Source of the DNA: Pseudomonadales bacterium
GTDB taxonomy: Bacteria; Pseudomonadota; Gammaproteobacteria; Pseudomonadales; UBA7434
DNA length: 64,000 bases
Direction of reading: 5' to 3'
Assembly: GCA_965263235.1 (NCBI GenBank)
Contig: OZ253667.1
Location: forward strand, 2,116,575 to 2,180,574
The first letter of the stretch is position 1; each line of letters opens with the position of its first letter. Positions 20,463 through 31,251 of the stretch are shown here, one piece after another. The notes below the pieces were generated by a model that made no database searches, had not been told where the DNA came from, and saw only the letters and a program-made list of their open reading frames with translations. Both the position numbers and the translations under genes were made by a program.

Positions 20463-21460
20463 AACGCGAGTGGCGAAGAAGCAGCCTGGAGTCCGGATTT
20501 AATCATGACACCAAATCGGCGTGCAAAACTATCGAACGGATTAGGCCGGACACTGTAGTCGCGAATTTTCTCGACGCCAATAACATCGCGCGCAACGTAA
20601 CCAACGCTACCCAGACCATCGATCAAACCTTTTTCAACGGCTTGCTCACCGCTCCAAATTAAACCCGAAAAAATATCTTCATCATTAAGCAGCTTATCGC
20701 CCCGCCCTTTTTTCACGACATCGATAAATTGCTGATGCGTAATCTTGAGTACACTCTGCCAAAACGCCTTATCACCTTCTTTTTCGGGCGAGAAGGCATC
20801 CAGAAAGCTTTTACTTTGCCCGGCAGTGTATACCCGGCGATCGACACCTATTTTTTCCATCAAATCAGTGAAGCCGAAACCTGCGGAAATCACACCGATT
20901 GATCCAACCAGGCTCGCTTTGTCTGCATAGATTTCGTTCGCAGCCGACGCAACGTAGTATCCGCCCGATGCACCTAAGTCAGCGATAACCGCATATATTT
21001 TTTTATCCGGATGCAACTCTCGCAAACGAAAGATTTCGTCGTTGATATAACCTGACTGGACTGGACTCCCACCAGGTGAATTTACCGCAAGAATAACCCC
21101 GACCGAATTTTTGGCCTCAAAAGCATCACGCAAACCAGAAACAACAGAATTTGCGTTAGCCTCAGTTTGGGCTGCAATCATCCCATTTAATGAGACAAGT
21201 GCCACATGCTCCTCTGTTTCCTCTGGAAGTGTCACTGATCCCATAGGCGCAAACATCAGCAGCACAATAAACAAGTACAAAAACGTTAGCGATTTGAAAA
21301 AGATTCCCCAACGCCTCGCACGCCGCTGTTCTACTAGCGAAGATAAGGCCAGTTTCTCGAGAATTTTCCATTCAGGGCGGTCGTTACTATCAACACCATC
21401 CAAAGCATTATTGGACTTAAATCGATCAAACACGTTTATCTCCTCTAGAAAAATCTGCAA
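20459..21460 (-). CDS. sppA: Signal peptide peptidase SppA (S49 family, 36K type)
   Basis: 333-aa ORF with an N-terminal TM helix and S49 motifs (NSPGGSPVQS, GASGGYYVASAA). Confidence 0.85.
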   Translation of the reverse strand: MQIFLEEINVFDRFKSNNALDGVDSNDRPEWKILEKLALSSLVEQRRARRWGIFFKSLTFLYLFIVLLMFAPMGSVTLPEETEEHVALVSLNGMIAAQTEANANSVVSGLRDAFEAKNSVGVILAVNSPGGSPVQSGYINDEIFRLRELHPDKKIYAVIADLGASGGYYVASAANEIYADKASLVGSIGVISAGFGFTDLMEKIGVDRRVYTAGQSKSFLDAFSPEKEGDKAFWQSVLKITHQQFIDVVKKGRGDKLLNDEDIFSGLIWSGEQAVEKGLIDGLGSVGYVARDVIGVEKIRDYSVRPNPFDSFARRFGVMIKSGLQAASSPLAF

Positions 21461-21468
21461 CTATTTGG

Positions 21469-22119
21469 TTACGCCAACGTTTGCACTAAGGTCGGCAACT
21501 GATGTGCGCTATCTGCGATCCCGATTGGGTCGAAGCTGTTTAACGTCGCATTATCGTGAACACCATAGCTGACCCCAATGCGCGGCATATCAATTTCGCG
21601 AGCCATCGCCAGGTCATAACTGGTATCGCCAATCATTACCGCACGCTCTGCCGAATACCCGGTCTCCTGCAACAACTGTTTTAACATCAGAGGATTGGGT
21701 TTTGACGCTGTTTCATCCGCAGCGCGCGTAGCTCGAAACAGCTCTCCGAGCCCCGTTTCTTTCAGCACACGATTAAGTCCTGCCCGGCTCTTTCCAGTAG
21801 CAACTGCTAATAAATGCCCCTGCTCTTGCAAATACTCGAGCGTGGACAACGCGCCATCATACAAGCATAGCTCGTATTGTTCTTGCCCGAGCGCAAGATA
21901 GTGCTTTGAGTACGCCTGGCGAAAATGGGCAACATCGCGTTCCGATAGCTCCGGATATAACGAGCGCGCTGTCTCAAAGAGTCCCAGGCCAATCTGCGCG
22001 CGGCAGGTTTCTTTCGAACGTGGTTCCAATCGCATCTCGCTAATTGTGGCAAACATCGCTGCCACAATATGATCGACACTGTTTGCCAGCGTTCCGTCCC
22101 AGTCAAAAATTACTAACAT
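21469..22119 (-). CDS. HAD-superfamily hydrolase (phosphoglycolate phosphatase-like)
   Basis: 216-aa ORF with motif I FDWDGTL and C-terminal IGDTSYD. Located next to rluC as in Pseudomonas. Confidence 0.8.
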   Translation of the reverse strand: MLVIFDWDGTLANSVDHIVAAMFATISEMRLEPRSKETCRAQIGLGLFETARSLYPELSERDVAHFRQAYSKHYLALGQEQYELCLYDGALSTLEYLQEQGHLLAVATGKSRAGLNRVLKETGLGELFRATRAADETASKPNPLMLKQLLQETGYSAERAVMIGDTSYDLAMAREIDMPRIGVSYGVHDNATLNSFDPIGIADSAHQLPTLVQTLA

Positions 22120-22133
22120 AGAAAAACAACCAT

Positions 22134-23084
22134 TTAACTACCGCTGTGCGCATCAATAAACGCCTGCCAAAATCCGGGCAACGGTGATTCGACCACACGC
22201 TTCTCCAACTGCGGATCATATTGCCCTTCGCTGTTAACGTGCGGCAGCTCAATGGCATGCGCATGTAAAAACAAGCCATTACACCCTTCGGATGCAACTC
22301 GCTTGTTAATCTCTTTATTGCCGTACTTCTTATCACCCACGATGGCGTGCCCCATCGCCTGGCAATGTACACGAATCTGGTGTGTACGACCGGTGATGGG
22401 CATCGCTTCCATCAAGGTGTAACCTTTTAAACGCTCTCGAATATTAAACCGCGTAACTGATCGCTTGCCTTCAGGGTCGACCCTCACCATGCGCTCGCCC
22501 GAGCTCAGTGTATTTTTTTGCAGCGGAAGATTAACCGCATCATTTGCCTTAGACCAACGCCCGACGACCATTGCCAAATAATGCTTCTGAAGTTTTTTTT
22601 CGCGGAGGCACTGGTGAAAAACCTTCAGCGCCGAACGCCTCCGTGCTAAAACTACGCAGCCCGAGGTCGCCTTGTCGATTCTGTGGCATAACTCTAAAAA
22701 CTTCTCTTCAGGGCGCAGTTTACGCAGTGCTTCTATCAAACCTAACGATAAGCCACTACCGCCGTGCACTGCCAGCTCACCGGGCTTATTGACCACCAGC
22801 CAGTGCTTGTCTTCGTACACAACGCTGTTTTCGAGCAGCTGCGACAGGTTCTGGGATACTTCAACATTTTCACGGGTAGCTACCTTTATTGGTGGGACTC
22901 GGACTTTATCGCCAGCCACCAACCGGTAAGTTGGCTTTGCCCGCCCTTTGTTCACCCTAACTTCACCCTTGCGGATAATGTTGTAAATTTTTGATTTAGG
23001 TACACCTTTGAGCTGGGTGATCAAAAAATTGTCTAACCGCTGACCCTCTGTTTCGTCACTAACATCAATAAATGTAACTGGCAT
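22134..23084 (-). CDS. rluC: 23S rRNA pseudouridine synthase RluC
   Basis: 316-aa ORF with an N-terminal S4-like domain and the catalytic HRIDKATSG motif. Divergent from rne as in E. coli. Confidence 0.9.
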   Translation of the reverse strand: MPVTFIDVSDETEGQRLDNFLITQLKGVPKSKIYNIIRKGEVRVNKGRAKPTYRLVAGDKVRVPPIKVATRENVEVSQNLSQLLENSVVYEDKHWLVVNKPGELAVHGGSGLSLGLIEALRKLRPEEKFLELCHRIDKATSGCVVLARRRSALKVFHQCLREKKLQKHYLAMVVGRWSKANDAVNLPLQKNTLSSGERMVRVDPEGKRSVTRFNIRERLKGYTLMEAMPITGRTHQIRVHCQAMGHAIVGDKKYGNKEINKRVASEGCNGLFLHAHAIELPHVNSEGQYDPQLEKRVVESPLPGFWQAFIDAHSGS

Positions 23085-24685
23085 AAGCTATGTTTCTGTA
23101 TCAATCAACTATGCCGGACACTGGCACCTCAGCCCCTTGTGGGCGCCGCATTATATGCCATACAAATTCACAAAAGGCTCACTCGGCACGAATTGAGCGT
23201 CTTGAATAAGCGTGATAGTATCGGGCACCGCGCTAGATCGGCGGCTTAAGGTAAAAAATCCCTCTTTTCCAATATTTAAGGCAAAAGTTGTTGGTTATTT
23301 AACCAGTTAGACCGCTTTGCGCAGAGACGAGCCTTCATCAAGTCTACACTTAATGCTAAGGCTGAATATGGTCAGTCACGTTCACACTAGGCGCTCGCAG
23401 CTCATATAAAAGCTCTGGCGCTGGGTTGGAATGAGCGCTGCGGACCAGACATAGTGACTCGTCGCGCACTGATTATTTAGCAGCCAGTCTGAGACAGACT
23501 GACACTCGGCGTATGTATATAGCGACCTGCAGCTGTAATATGCAAAGCAGCTCGCAACGCGCCAAAACAAGCTTTGTCGATATCCATAATAAACGTGGTA
23601 TCGAGCACGATAAACGCAATGTAGCGGCCATATTAAAGCCGTTACAGGCTAAATGCGATATGAGCGGCTTTTTTACGTTGACTCATAAACGCTAAAACAA
23701 ATTTATTTTTAATCGGTCTCATCCAAAGCAGTACTGTTGAGACCAGGAGATCGACGCTAACACAATCTCGGTGAAAAACGATTGAGAACGTCGACCACCA
23801 CCAGATACGAGCGACATCATCTAAACATTGTTGATGTGTCGCAGATCGCAAAGTGAAAGCGGACGCCAACCAAAATAAATGCCCTCTACTTTTTTGTAAG
23901 GCACAAGTTTCGGTTAAAGGCTTCTATCATTTAGCGAGGCACTGTTTAAGGTACCAGGCAAGGCCTGTGTACACTACTTTAGCCCTTTGAATAACATCTC
24001 ACTAACGATGTTGTCGCTGAGGCGAGACGAAGTGGAGTTAAGCAGTAAACTGAAGTGAATATTTATATTTGTAGCGCTGTTTTGCGAAATAACACGCGAA
24101 TAAGAATATTGAACACCGGCTTTACCCGCCTCAGGCATTGGTAAGAACAAATCAGCCTGATGGCCTGATGGAAAACAAAGCCAAATTATTTTGTGTTCAA
24201 TAGGGATACGACAATCCGGCTCCCACTGTACAAGCGATGTTTGCAAACCAGCGACTACACTAGCGAAAGACTCGCGCCAGGAAGTGACTATTTTGATTAA
24301 ACATTTTAGATCACTATTCACGGCGCAACCTGAGCAGGCTCTTTACCTTGCCGTCCCATGGGCGACTATAGAACTACTCAGGCAGCTTTATTCTAAAGCT
24401 GATCTATTGCAGAAATAGGTCTTTGGAAAAATCATTGAATTATTTCCAATACCCTGTCTCAAAATATCACGCAAAGCCTTCTCTAAATATCACCTTTCAC
24501 ATTCGCGAAGCTTCGCCGCCAATAAATAGTTGGTTAGGCGCTCGGCTCCGCCAGATCTGCAACCTTCTTCGTTTTAGCGATTAGCTCACCGATTATTTCA
24601 GCCCAACCCAAACGATTTATGGGATTGGCAAATATAGCGCGACAAGCATCACTTAGATTACCGCTTGCCGCTTGAGGAAGAATTT

Positions 24686-27600
24686 ATGAAACGAATGTTA
24701 ATTAACGCCACGCAACCAGAAGAAATTCGCGTGGCTATGGTCGATGGACAAAGACTCTACGATCTGGATATAGAAAACCGCACTCGCGTACAAAAGAAAG
24801 CAAGTGTCTACAAAGGAAAAATCACACGCGTTGAACCCAGCCTCGAAGCCGCTTTTGTGGACTTCGGAGCCGAAAGGCACGGCTTCCTGCCCTTAAAAGA
24901 AATTTCTAAAGAATACTTTTATCGCAACCCGCCAGAAGGAAAAGGCAGAATGCGAATTAAAGATGTCGTTAAAGAAGGCACTGAGGTTATCGTACAAGTT
25001 GAGAAAGAAGAACGCGGCACCAAAGGCGCAGCGCTAACGACGTTTATCAGCCTGGCCGGCCGCTATATGGTCCTTATGCCCAACAACCCCAGGGCGGGCG
25101 GTATCTCACGACGCATCGAAGGCGACGAGCGAGACCAGTTGCGCGCAAGCATGAACGAAATGGATATCCCAAAAGGTGTTGGCGTTATCGTTCGTACGGC
25201 GGGAATTGGAAAATCGAGCGAAGAGCTACAGCGAGACCTCGACTACCTACTCACCATTTCTAGCGCCATTAAGGAAGCTGCGAGTTCACAGCCTGCGCCT
25301 TTCCTTATTTTTCAGGAAAGCAACATCATCGTACGAGCAATCCGCGACTATGTTCGCCAGGACGTCGGCGAAATATTGATAGACAGCCCATCGGCTTATA
25401 ACGAAGCATCTCAGTTCGTTGAGATGGTAATCCCGCATTATGCGCAAAAAGTTAAACGTTACGATGATGAAATCCCGCTATTTAATCGGTATCAGGTCGA
25501 AAGCCAGATAGAAACTGCTTTTCAACGCGAAGTGGTATTACCTTCTGGGGGGTCAATCGTTATCGACCCAACCGAAGCGATGGTCTCAATCGATATTAAC
25601 TCTGCGCGCGCAACCAAAGGTAGCGATATCGAAGACACCGCACTGCGCACTAATCTCGAAGCTGCCGATGAAATCGCACGCCAGCTTCGCCTTCGAGATA
25701 TGGGCGGTTTGATTGTAATTGATTTTATCGACATGAATCACAATCGAAATCAGCGCCAGGTAGAAAACCGTATGCGCGATGCGCTAGAAGCAGATCGTGC
25801 ACGCGTACAAGTCGGTAAGATATCTCGTTTCGGCTTGTTGGAAATGTCACGACAGCGTTTGCGTCCATCATTAGATGAAACAATCTCCTCGGTCTGCCCT
25901 CGCTGTAATGGGCAGGGAACAATTCGCGACACCAAATCACTGTCGCTCGTCATCCTTCGACTTATTCAAGACGAATCGCAAAAAGAACGCAGCGCAGAAA
26001 TCAGGGTCATTGTGCCGGTAGAAGTAGGAACCTACCTGCTCAACGAAAAGCGCGCAGCGATTCGCTCTATCGAAAAGGCAAACAACCTTAGAGTCATGGT
26101 TATTCCCAACCCATCGATGGAAACGCCTCACTACGAAGTCGTTAGACTTCGTGATGATGACTCAGCAACGGGTGAATCCAGCCTTGACATAAGTGCCGAC
26201 ATGGAAAGCGAAGAGGCGACTGTAGAAGCGAGACGCGAAGCAGAGGTACAACCTTCGTCATTTGTGACGCCTGCGGTTCGCCAGGACCAACTACCTTCTC
26301 GTGCTGCAAGACCCGCCCCCGCCAGCACAAGCACCAGTGGCGCAAGCGCCGAAAGCGGCGGCCTGTTACAACGCGTCATGGGCAAACTGTTTGGGCCCAA
26401 ACCGCAAACGGAGGCAACTGCGGCACCTGCACAGGTGGTAGAAACGACACGCGAAGAAAATCGCGGCGACACTGATAACCGGTCTAACGAACAAAATAGA
26501 AACCGTAATCGCAACAGGCGCAACAATCGCAGACGCAACGATTCCGACGATCGTGGTGATTCGCGAAATCGCTCACAAAGAAAGCCGTCACAAAACAAAA
26601 AATCTCAGGGCGATGACAGCGAACGACGCTCAAACAAAAAGCCACGTAGAGATTCAAACGCTGAAAAGCCAAACAAAACAAGCGACTCACGTGAAAACAG
26701 GCAGCAGCAAGATGCCGCTAACACGGAGCAACAGGGTGAATCCAATAATCGCAACAAGGAGAACCGCCGAAATCGTCGTGGCGGACGAAACCGCAAACGT
26801 CGCGAAAACCCTGAGCAGGATAACCAGCAAAAGCAAAGCGCGAACAATCAGTACGAGACTGATGAAAACAACAATGCGCCAACAAGCGATACGCAAAAAC
26901 AGGGCGGGCGGAATGTAACCGAAACTAAATCGAACCGCGAGCGGGATACCCATGTTGGCGAAGCACCACAGAAGTCAACTGCTGAAAGCGAACAAACAGA
27001 TCAGCAAAACGAAACCCCTCGCAGAAGACCCGAAGGTGCTAAAACTGGGCGTACCTCTCGTGGCCCGAGACGCCGTGGTGGACGCCGCAGTGAAGCAGCC
27101 TCCGCAAAAGCTGGACTAAGTGGTTCGTTGGTGCCTGAAGAGAAAATCGAAAAAGAAAGCGAGGCGCCCACTCAATCGCCCGTTCTTGAAGAAAAGATCG
27201 AATCAAACACTGGCTCGCCACGACAGGAGCCAGCAAACGCTGGCGTTCAACTCGAACCGCTTAGCCTTGCAACGATTCAAAGTGAACTTGGTGAGCCGCA
27301 AGCGCAAAGCGAGACTACTGCCACAAAAGCCGCCGATGATGTTTCAGCGCCAAAAGAAAATGTCGCCGAAGCAGTTGCAAGTGTTAACAGCAAAATCGAT
27401 GAGGAAATTGTAAAGAGCAGCTATGCCGCCGCGTTAGAACACGAAAGCGCTCAACGTGACGATACTGCGCTAGAGCAACAAATTGGTCTCGATTTACGTG
27501 AGCAGGAAAATACCGCTGCGGATGTTAAAAAAGAATCCAGCGAAAATGATGTTGTAAACAAAGATAGTGCAAACAAAGATAGCGCGAAAAGCGAAATCGC

Positions 27601-27805
27601 CAGTGAACCGGCGCCCGTAGAAACGCAAGCATCAAGTGCTCGCGCAAGCAACGATCCTCGCCAAAACAAGGTTCAACGGACGGCAAATGTATCGTCTGTT
27701 TCGCAGGAAGTCACACTAAGCGCCCCACTTCGCTCGGAGCCAGTTAGCGCGCCAACCGAAAAAGTGCGCGCGAGCAATGACCCGCGTAACAAACGTAGCG
27801 GATAG
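24686..27805 (+). CDS. rne: Ribonuclease E
   Basis: Starts [31 protein letters not shown] prefer the ATG at 24686 to the TTG at 24665. It has an S1 domain, the Zn-link CPRCNGQG, a putative membrane-targeting helix [13 protein letters not shown], and a long Arg/Asn/Asp/Glu-rich disordered C-terminal half. Confidence 0.95.
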   Translation: MKRMLINATQPEEIRVAMVDGQRLYDLDIENRTRVQKKASVYKGKITRVEPSLEAAFVDFGAERHGFLPLKEISKEYFYRNPPEGKGRMRIKDVVKEGTEVIVQVEKEERGTKGAALTTFISLAGRYMVLMPNNPRAGGISRRIEGDERDQLRASMNEMDIPKGVGVIVRTAGIGKSSEELQRDLDYLLTISSAIKEAASSQPAPFLIFQESNIIVRAIRDYVRQDVGEILIDSPSAYNEASQFVEMVIPHYAQKVKRYDDEIPLFNRYQVESQIETAFQREVVLPSGGSIVIDPTEAMVSIDINSARATKGSDIEDTALRTNLEAADEIARQLRLRDMGGLIVIDFIDMNHNRNQRQVENRMRDALEADRARVQVGKISRFGLLEMSRQRLRPSLDETISSVCPRCNGQGTIRDTKSLSLVILRLIQDESQKERSAEIRVIVPVEVGTYLLNEKRAAIRSIEKANNLRVMVIPNPSMETPHYEVVRLRDDDSATGESSLDISADMESEEATVEARREAEVQPSSFVTPAVRQDQLPSRAARPAPASTSTSGASAESGGLLQRVMGKLFGPKPQTEATAAPAQVVETTREENRGDTDNRSNEQNRNRNRNRRNNRRRNDSDDRGDSRNRSQRKPSQNKKSQGDDSERRSNKKPRRDSNAEKPNKTSDSRENRQQQDAANTEQQGESNNRNKENRRNRRGGRNRKRRENPEQDNQQKQSANNQYETDENNNAPTSDTQKQGGRNVTETKSNRERDTHVGEAPQKSTAESEQTDQQNETPRRRPEGAKTGRTSRGPRRRGGRRSEAASAKAGLSGSLVPEEKIEKESEAPTQSPVLEEKIESNTGSPRQEPANAGVQLEPLSLATIQSELGEPQAQSETTATKAADDVSAPKENVAEAVASVNSKIDEEIVKSSYAAALEHESAQRDDTALEQQIGLDLREQENTAADVKKESSENDVVNKDSANKDSAKSEIASEPAPVETQASSARASNDPRQNKVQRTANVSSVSQEVTLSAPLRSEPVSAPTEKVRASNDPRNKRSG

Positions 27806-27860
27806 AGGAAGCAATCGAGCGATCAAAACATAATATTTAACGATGTCTGGCAAAAATGCC

Positions 27861-27888
27861 TTGCGAGAATTAGACACGTGAATATAAT
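27861..27888 (+). promoter_or_regulatory. Putative sigma-70 promoter of tRNA-Ser
   Basis: TTGCGA - 16 nt - TATAAT, ending 12 nt before the tRNA 5' end. Confidence 0.45.
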
Positions 27889-27900
27889 GCGCGTTCTTCT

Positions 27901-27988
27901 GGAGAGGTGGCTGAGTGGTCGAAAGCACTGGTCTTGAAAACCAGCGACGGGCGACCGTCCCAGGGTTCAAATCCCTGCCTCTCCGCCA
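27901..27988 (+). tRNA. tRNA-Ser (anticodon TGA)
   Basis: Sequence GGAGAGGTGGCTGAGTGGTCGAAAGCACTGGTCTTGAAAACCAGCGACGGGCGACCGTCCCAGGGTTCAAATCCCTGCCTCTCCGCCA. It has a 7-bp acceptor stem, anticodon loop CTTGAAA, a long variable arm and an encoded CCA. Confidence 0.92.
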
Positions 27989-27995
27989 TTTAAAA

Positions 27996-28024
27996 AGCCC
28001 AGCATATGCTGGGCTTTTTCTTTT
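27996..28024. terminator. Bidirectional rho-independent terminator (tRNA-Ser / K+ channel gene)
   Basis: Perfect palindrome agcccagcat|atgctgggct, flanked by AAAAA upstream and TTTTT downstream. Confidence 0.7.
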
Positions 28025-28097
28025 CGACGTCGCTAGCCATCCTAAAAGGCAATCACTCGAACGCGGTGCTCACATTACCGCACCTTAAGAGCAACAA

Positions 28098-28523
28098 CTA
28101 ATCCTTTAACCAATGTCGCTCCATTTCGATGTATAGGAAGGATGCAGACCAGGTAATTAACACGAGCCCAACCAAACTTTCGATGCCTGTTAAAAAGCGA
28201 ACCGGGCCATCGGGCACGATGTCGCCAAACCCTAGCGTTGTAAACACCGTAAACGAAAAATAAACGCAGTCGAAGAACTCACCATGAAAGTTACCGCCTA
28301 ATGAACCCATTCCCTCGAAATACAGCATAATGTAGTAGCCAACGGCAAACACCCACACCTCGATGGAATGCGCAAACAAAGCGCCAAATACGCCTGCAAC
28401 TATTCTGATACGTGGCTTATCGGGTAAATTCGGTAGCTGCCGGGACAAGACATTGAGCAGCTCGTAATGAATCACCACCACGACTGCAACTAATATCAAA
28501 TTTATAATCGCCGAAATCCACAT
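28098..28523 (-). CDS. Two-TM potassium-channel family protein
   Basis: 141-aa membrane ORF with a pore/selectivity-filter-like FTTLGFGD (compare TVGYGD). Confidence 0.75.
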   Translation of the reverse strand: MWISAIINLILVAVVVVIHYELLNVLSRQLPNLPDKPRIRIVAGVFGALFAHSIEVWVFAVGYYIMLYFEGMGSLGGNFHGEFFDCVYFSFTVFTTLGFGDIVPDGPVRFLTGIESLVGLVLITWSASFLYIEMERHWLKD

Positions 28524-28560
28524 ATATCCTCTCTTATTTGTCCGATAAGTATTGCTGGAA

Positions 28561-28977
28561 TCAAACTAGCGAAAACGTAGTTGTTACGACAAGCGCAATC
28601 AGCGTCAGAACACTCAACACAAAACTGTATAAACGATGCTGCACATTGTTGTAACTTAGGTGAATCACGCTATGAACAAACCGGAACCCCACATAAGCCC
28701 ATGCAAGTATCAGGCTCAACTGGGTCAGCCCGCCTGTCAGGAATATCGTAAAGCAAACCACATAAAAGATTACCGGCACCTCTAACAAATTGATGTAGTT
28801 TCTGTTCGCGAGCGCAACATACTCACTAACGTTGGCAGATTCGCCAAGGCGAAAGTCTTTTGGCCCAAGTTCTTTGTTGCGCACAGCTTTAATTCGACGA
28901 TAGGGAACCAGCATAAGCACCATCAATGTCCACCATACCAACGCAAAAACGGGATAAATAATAAGTATCTCTGGCAT
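28561..28977 (-). CDS. MAPEG-family membrane protein
   Basis: 138-aa ORF with four predicted TM helices. Its general resemblance to bacterial MAPEG proteins (NYINLLEVPVIFY region) gives moderate certainty only. Confidence 0.6.
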   Translation of the reverse strand: MPEILIIYPVFALVWWTLMVLMLVPYRRIKAVRNKELGPKDFRLGESANVSEYVALANRNYINLLEVPVIFYVVCFTIFLTGGLTQLSLILAWAYVGFRFVHSVIHLSYNNVQHRLYSFVLSVLTLIALVVTTTFSLV

Positions 28978-29161
28978 CAGTTTTCCTCCTGAATATTTAA
29001 ACGGCTAGAAGCGCTATAACATCGGGCAAAAAATACACCTTCGCTTACCCCGAATCAACAATGGCTAGTTCACAGCACAAACAAAACGATAAAATTTTTA
29101 TACCATTTTGGCAAAGGAAGATTATCATAGCCTCTTTCATGAAGACTGATCGATCTATTTT

Positions 29162-30412
29162 ATGAATGACCTTATTCGCAACTATGTAAGCGGCCTGGGG
29201 CTTGAACCACACCTTAACGACATGCTCCTGACAGTAGCTGGCATCGTCATACTTGCTGGCGCCTGCATTATCGCCTACTGGATAGCAGTGCGCTTTTTGT
29301 TGCGCTTTGTCGAAAGCTTACTGCTTAAAGCCGGCGGCGAACGAAACAAAGTACTGGTCGAGCAACATGTATTCAAACGACTTGCACATATCTTCCCTGC
29401 CCTGTTGATTTTCAGGCTCTCTGGCCAACTGTTTGAACACGCGAGTAGCATCGCAAACTTTCTTGTGGTCAGCAGCCAGCTCTACCTCATACTAATGATC
29501 GCGTTATTTGCCGACTCGGTGGTAAATGCGCTACTGAATATCTATCGAACCTTTGAGCTTTCTAAACAAGTCCCGGTAAAAAGTTTTGCCCAGGTTCTAA
29601 AGCTCCTTATTTATTTTGTTGCTATTCTATCGGCAATTTCGATTGTTCTTGGCAAATCACCGCTAACCCTATTGACCGGCCTGGGCGCAATGACGGCAGT
29701 GCTCATGCTTGTTTTCAGGGATCCTATCCTGGGCCTTGTTGCAGGACTTCAGCTCACTTCGAACAAAATGGTTGCGAGAGGCGACTGGATAGAAATGCCA
29801 AAATACGGCGTGGATGGCGATGTAATAGACATCGCACTCACTACCGTTAAGGTTAAAAATTTCGATAACACCATCACCACGGTTCCTACCCAGGCGCTAA
29901 TAAACGATTCCTTTAAAAACTGGCAAGCCATGCAACAGTCCGGCGGGCGACGAATTAAGCGCGCGGTTTGTATCGACCTTAACAGCATTAGTTTCTGTGA
30001 TGAAGCAATGATTGAAAGCTTTAAGCAAATATCGCTACTCAACAGTTATCTAACAACCAAACAGCGTGAACTAGAAAAACACAACGTCGATATCGACTCA
30101 TCATCACTAGCAAATGGTCGGCGCCTCACCAACGTGGGAACCTTTAGAGCGTACGTAGAGGCATACTTGCGCAACCACCCCCAAATCAACACTAATTTAA
30201 CCTTTCTTGTTCGTCAGCTAAAACCCACCGCACAGGGTTTACCGATAGAAATTTACGTGTTCAGCCGGGACAAACGCTGGGCCGTCTATGAATCTATCCA
30301 GGCCGATATTTTCGATCATATTTTGGCAGTTGTTCCCGAGTTTGGTTTACGCGTTTTCCAGGAACCGACAGGTTTCGACTTTCGGCATTCAAACATTGTG
30401 TCGCCTTTATAA
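29162..30412 (+). CDS. Mechanosensitive ion channel (MscS family)
   Basis: 416-aa ORF with multiple N-terminal TM helices followed by an MscS beta-domain-like segment, GDWIEMPKYGVDGDVIDIALTTVKVKNFDNTITTVP. Confidence 0.85.
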   Translation: MNDLIRNYVSGLGLEPHLNDMLLTVAGIVILAGACIIAYWIAVRFLLRFVESLLLKAGGERNKVLVEQHVFKRLAHIFPALLIFRLSGQLFEHASSIANFLVVSSQLYLILMIALFADSVVNALLNIYRTFELSKQVPVKSFAQVLKLLIYFVAILSAISIVLGKSPLTLLTGLGAMTAVLMLVFRDPILGLVAGLQLTSNKMVARGDWIEMPKYGVDGDVIDIALTTVKVKNFDNTITTVPTQALINDSFKNWQAMQQSGGRRIKRAVCIDLNSISFCDEAMIESFKQISLLNSYLTTKQRELEKHNVDIDSSSLANGRRLTNVGTFRAYVEAYLRNHPQINTNLTFLVRQLKPTAQGLPIEIYVFSRDKRWAVYESIQADIFDHILAVVPEFGLRVFQEPTGFDFRHSNIVSPL

Positions 30413-30478
30413 ACCGATATTCGGCACACGGGGCTAAAATATCCATTCAAATTCAGAACAGCGAGGAAAGAAGCGCAA

Positions 30479-31234
30479 ATGTCTACCAATGAAATCGTAA
30501 AGTATGAGCTCGACAACAATGTTGCCGTCATCACGCTAAACAATCCTGAAGCACGCAACGCGCTAAGCAGCGCAATGACGAAAGGCATTGTCGACGCACT
30601 CAACAAAGCAAACGAAGACGATAATGTATATTGCGCGGTAATAACTGGCGCCGGCAAAGCATTTTGCGCTGGCGTAGATCTAAAGGAGTTAAGCACCAAT
30701 ACCGAAGTACTCAATGACGACGGCCCTTTTCTGCGCGCATTCAGTAGCTTTTCTAAACCACTAATTGGCGCTTTAAACGGATTTGCTATGACCGGTGGCC
30801 TGGAGCTAGCGCTTGCTTGTGATATTCGTTATGCAGCCAAGAGCGCAATATTCGCGGATACGCATGCCGTCGTCGGCCTAATGCCAACATGGGGAATGTC
30901 GCAGAAACTCCCTCGCCTCGTAGGCATCAGTCGCGCAAAGGAAATGAGCTTCACCGCAAAAATGGTAGATGCTAATACCGCTTTGCAATGGGGGCTGGTT
31001 GACGGAATCTACGACGACAACGAAGTGCTAGAAAAAGCAATTGCCGTTGCGCATACTATCGCCCAAAACGATACCAAAGCCGTCCGCGGCATCAAGCAAC
31101 TTATTGAAGAAGGCTTCTCAACCAGCCTGGAAGAAGGCTTAGAGCTGGAAGATAAATACTCCAGGCCTCACAACGACAGCATAGATACTGCGGAAATATT
31201 TAAAAAAATTGCTGCCGTAAAAAGCCGTAGCTAA
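30479..31234 (+). CDS. Enoyl-CoA hydratase/isomerase (crotonase) family protein
   Basis: 251-aa ORF with AVITGAGKAFCAGVDLKE and ALNGFAMTGGLELALACD. Confidence 0.9.
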   Translation: MSTNEIVKYELDNNVAVITLNNPEARNALSSAMTKGIVDALNKANEDDNVYCAVITGAGKAFCAGVDLKELSTNTEVLNDDGPFLRAFSSFSKPLIGALNGFAMTGGLELALACDIRYAAKSAIFADTHAVVGLMPTWGMSQKLPRLVGISRAKEMSFTAKMVDANTALQWGLVDGIYDDNEVLEKAIAVAHTIAQNDTKAVRGIKQLIEEGFSTSLEEGLELEDKYSRPHNDSIDTAEIFKKIAAVKSRS

Positions 31235-31251
31235 AAGCGGCTGACCACCCG

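Noticed and set aside
23382..24321. Three consecutive minus-strand ORFs (62, 75 and 115 aa) in three different frames, which could indicate a frameshifted pseudogene
   Set aside because: I translated the junctions. All frames between the pieces are stop-dense. The 62- and 75-aa products are Cys/Trp-rich and not protein-like. Only the 115-aa ORF remains as a low-confidence hypothetical, discussed in the rne-upstream finding.
26131..26953. Several 60-155-aa ORFs, mostly antisense (one same-strand, out of frame), within the rne C-terminal region (e.g. 26131-26598 minus, 26553-26918 plus, 26687-26953 minus)
   Set aside because: They lie in the low-complexity Arg/Asn/Asp/Glu-rich coding region of RNase E. 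Biased composition keeps other frames open. Their translations are Ser/Leu/Arg/Cys-rich with no start signals.
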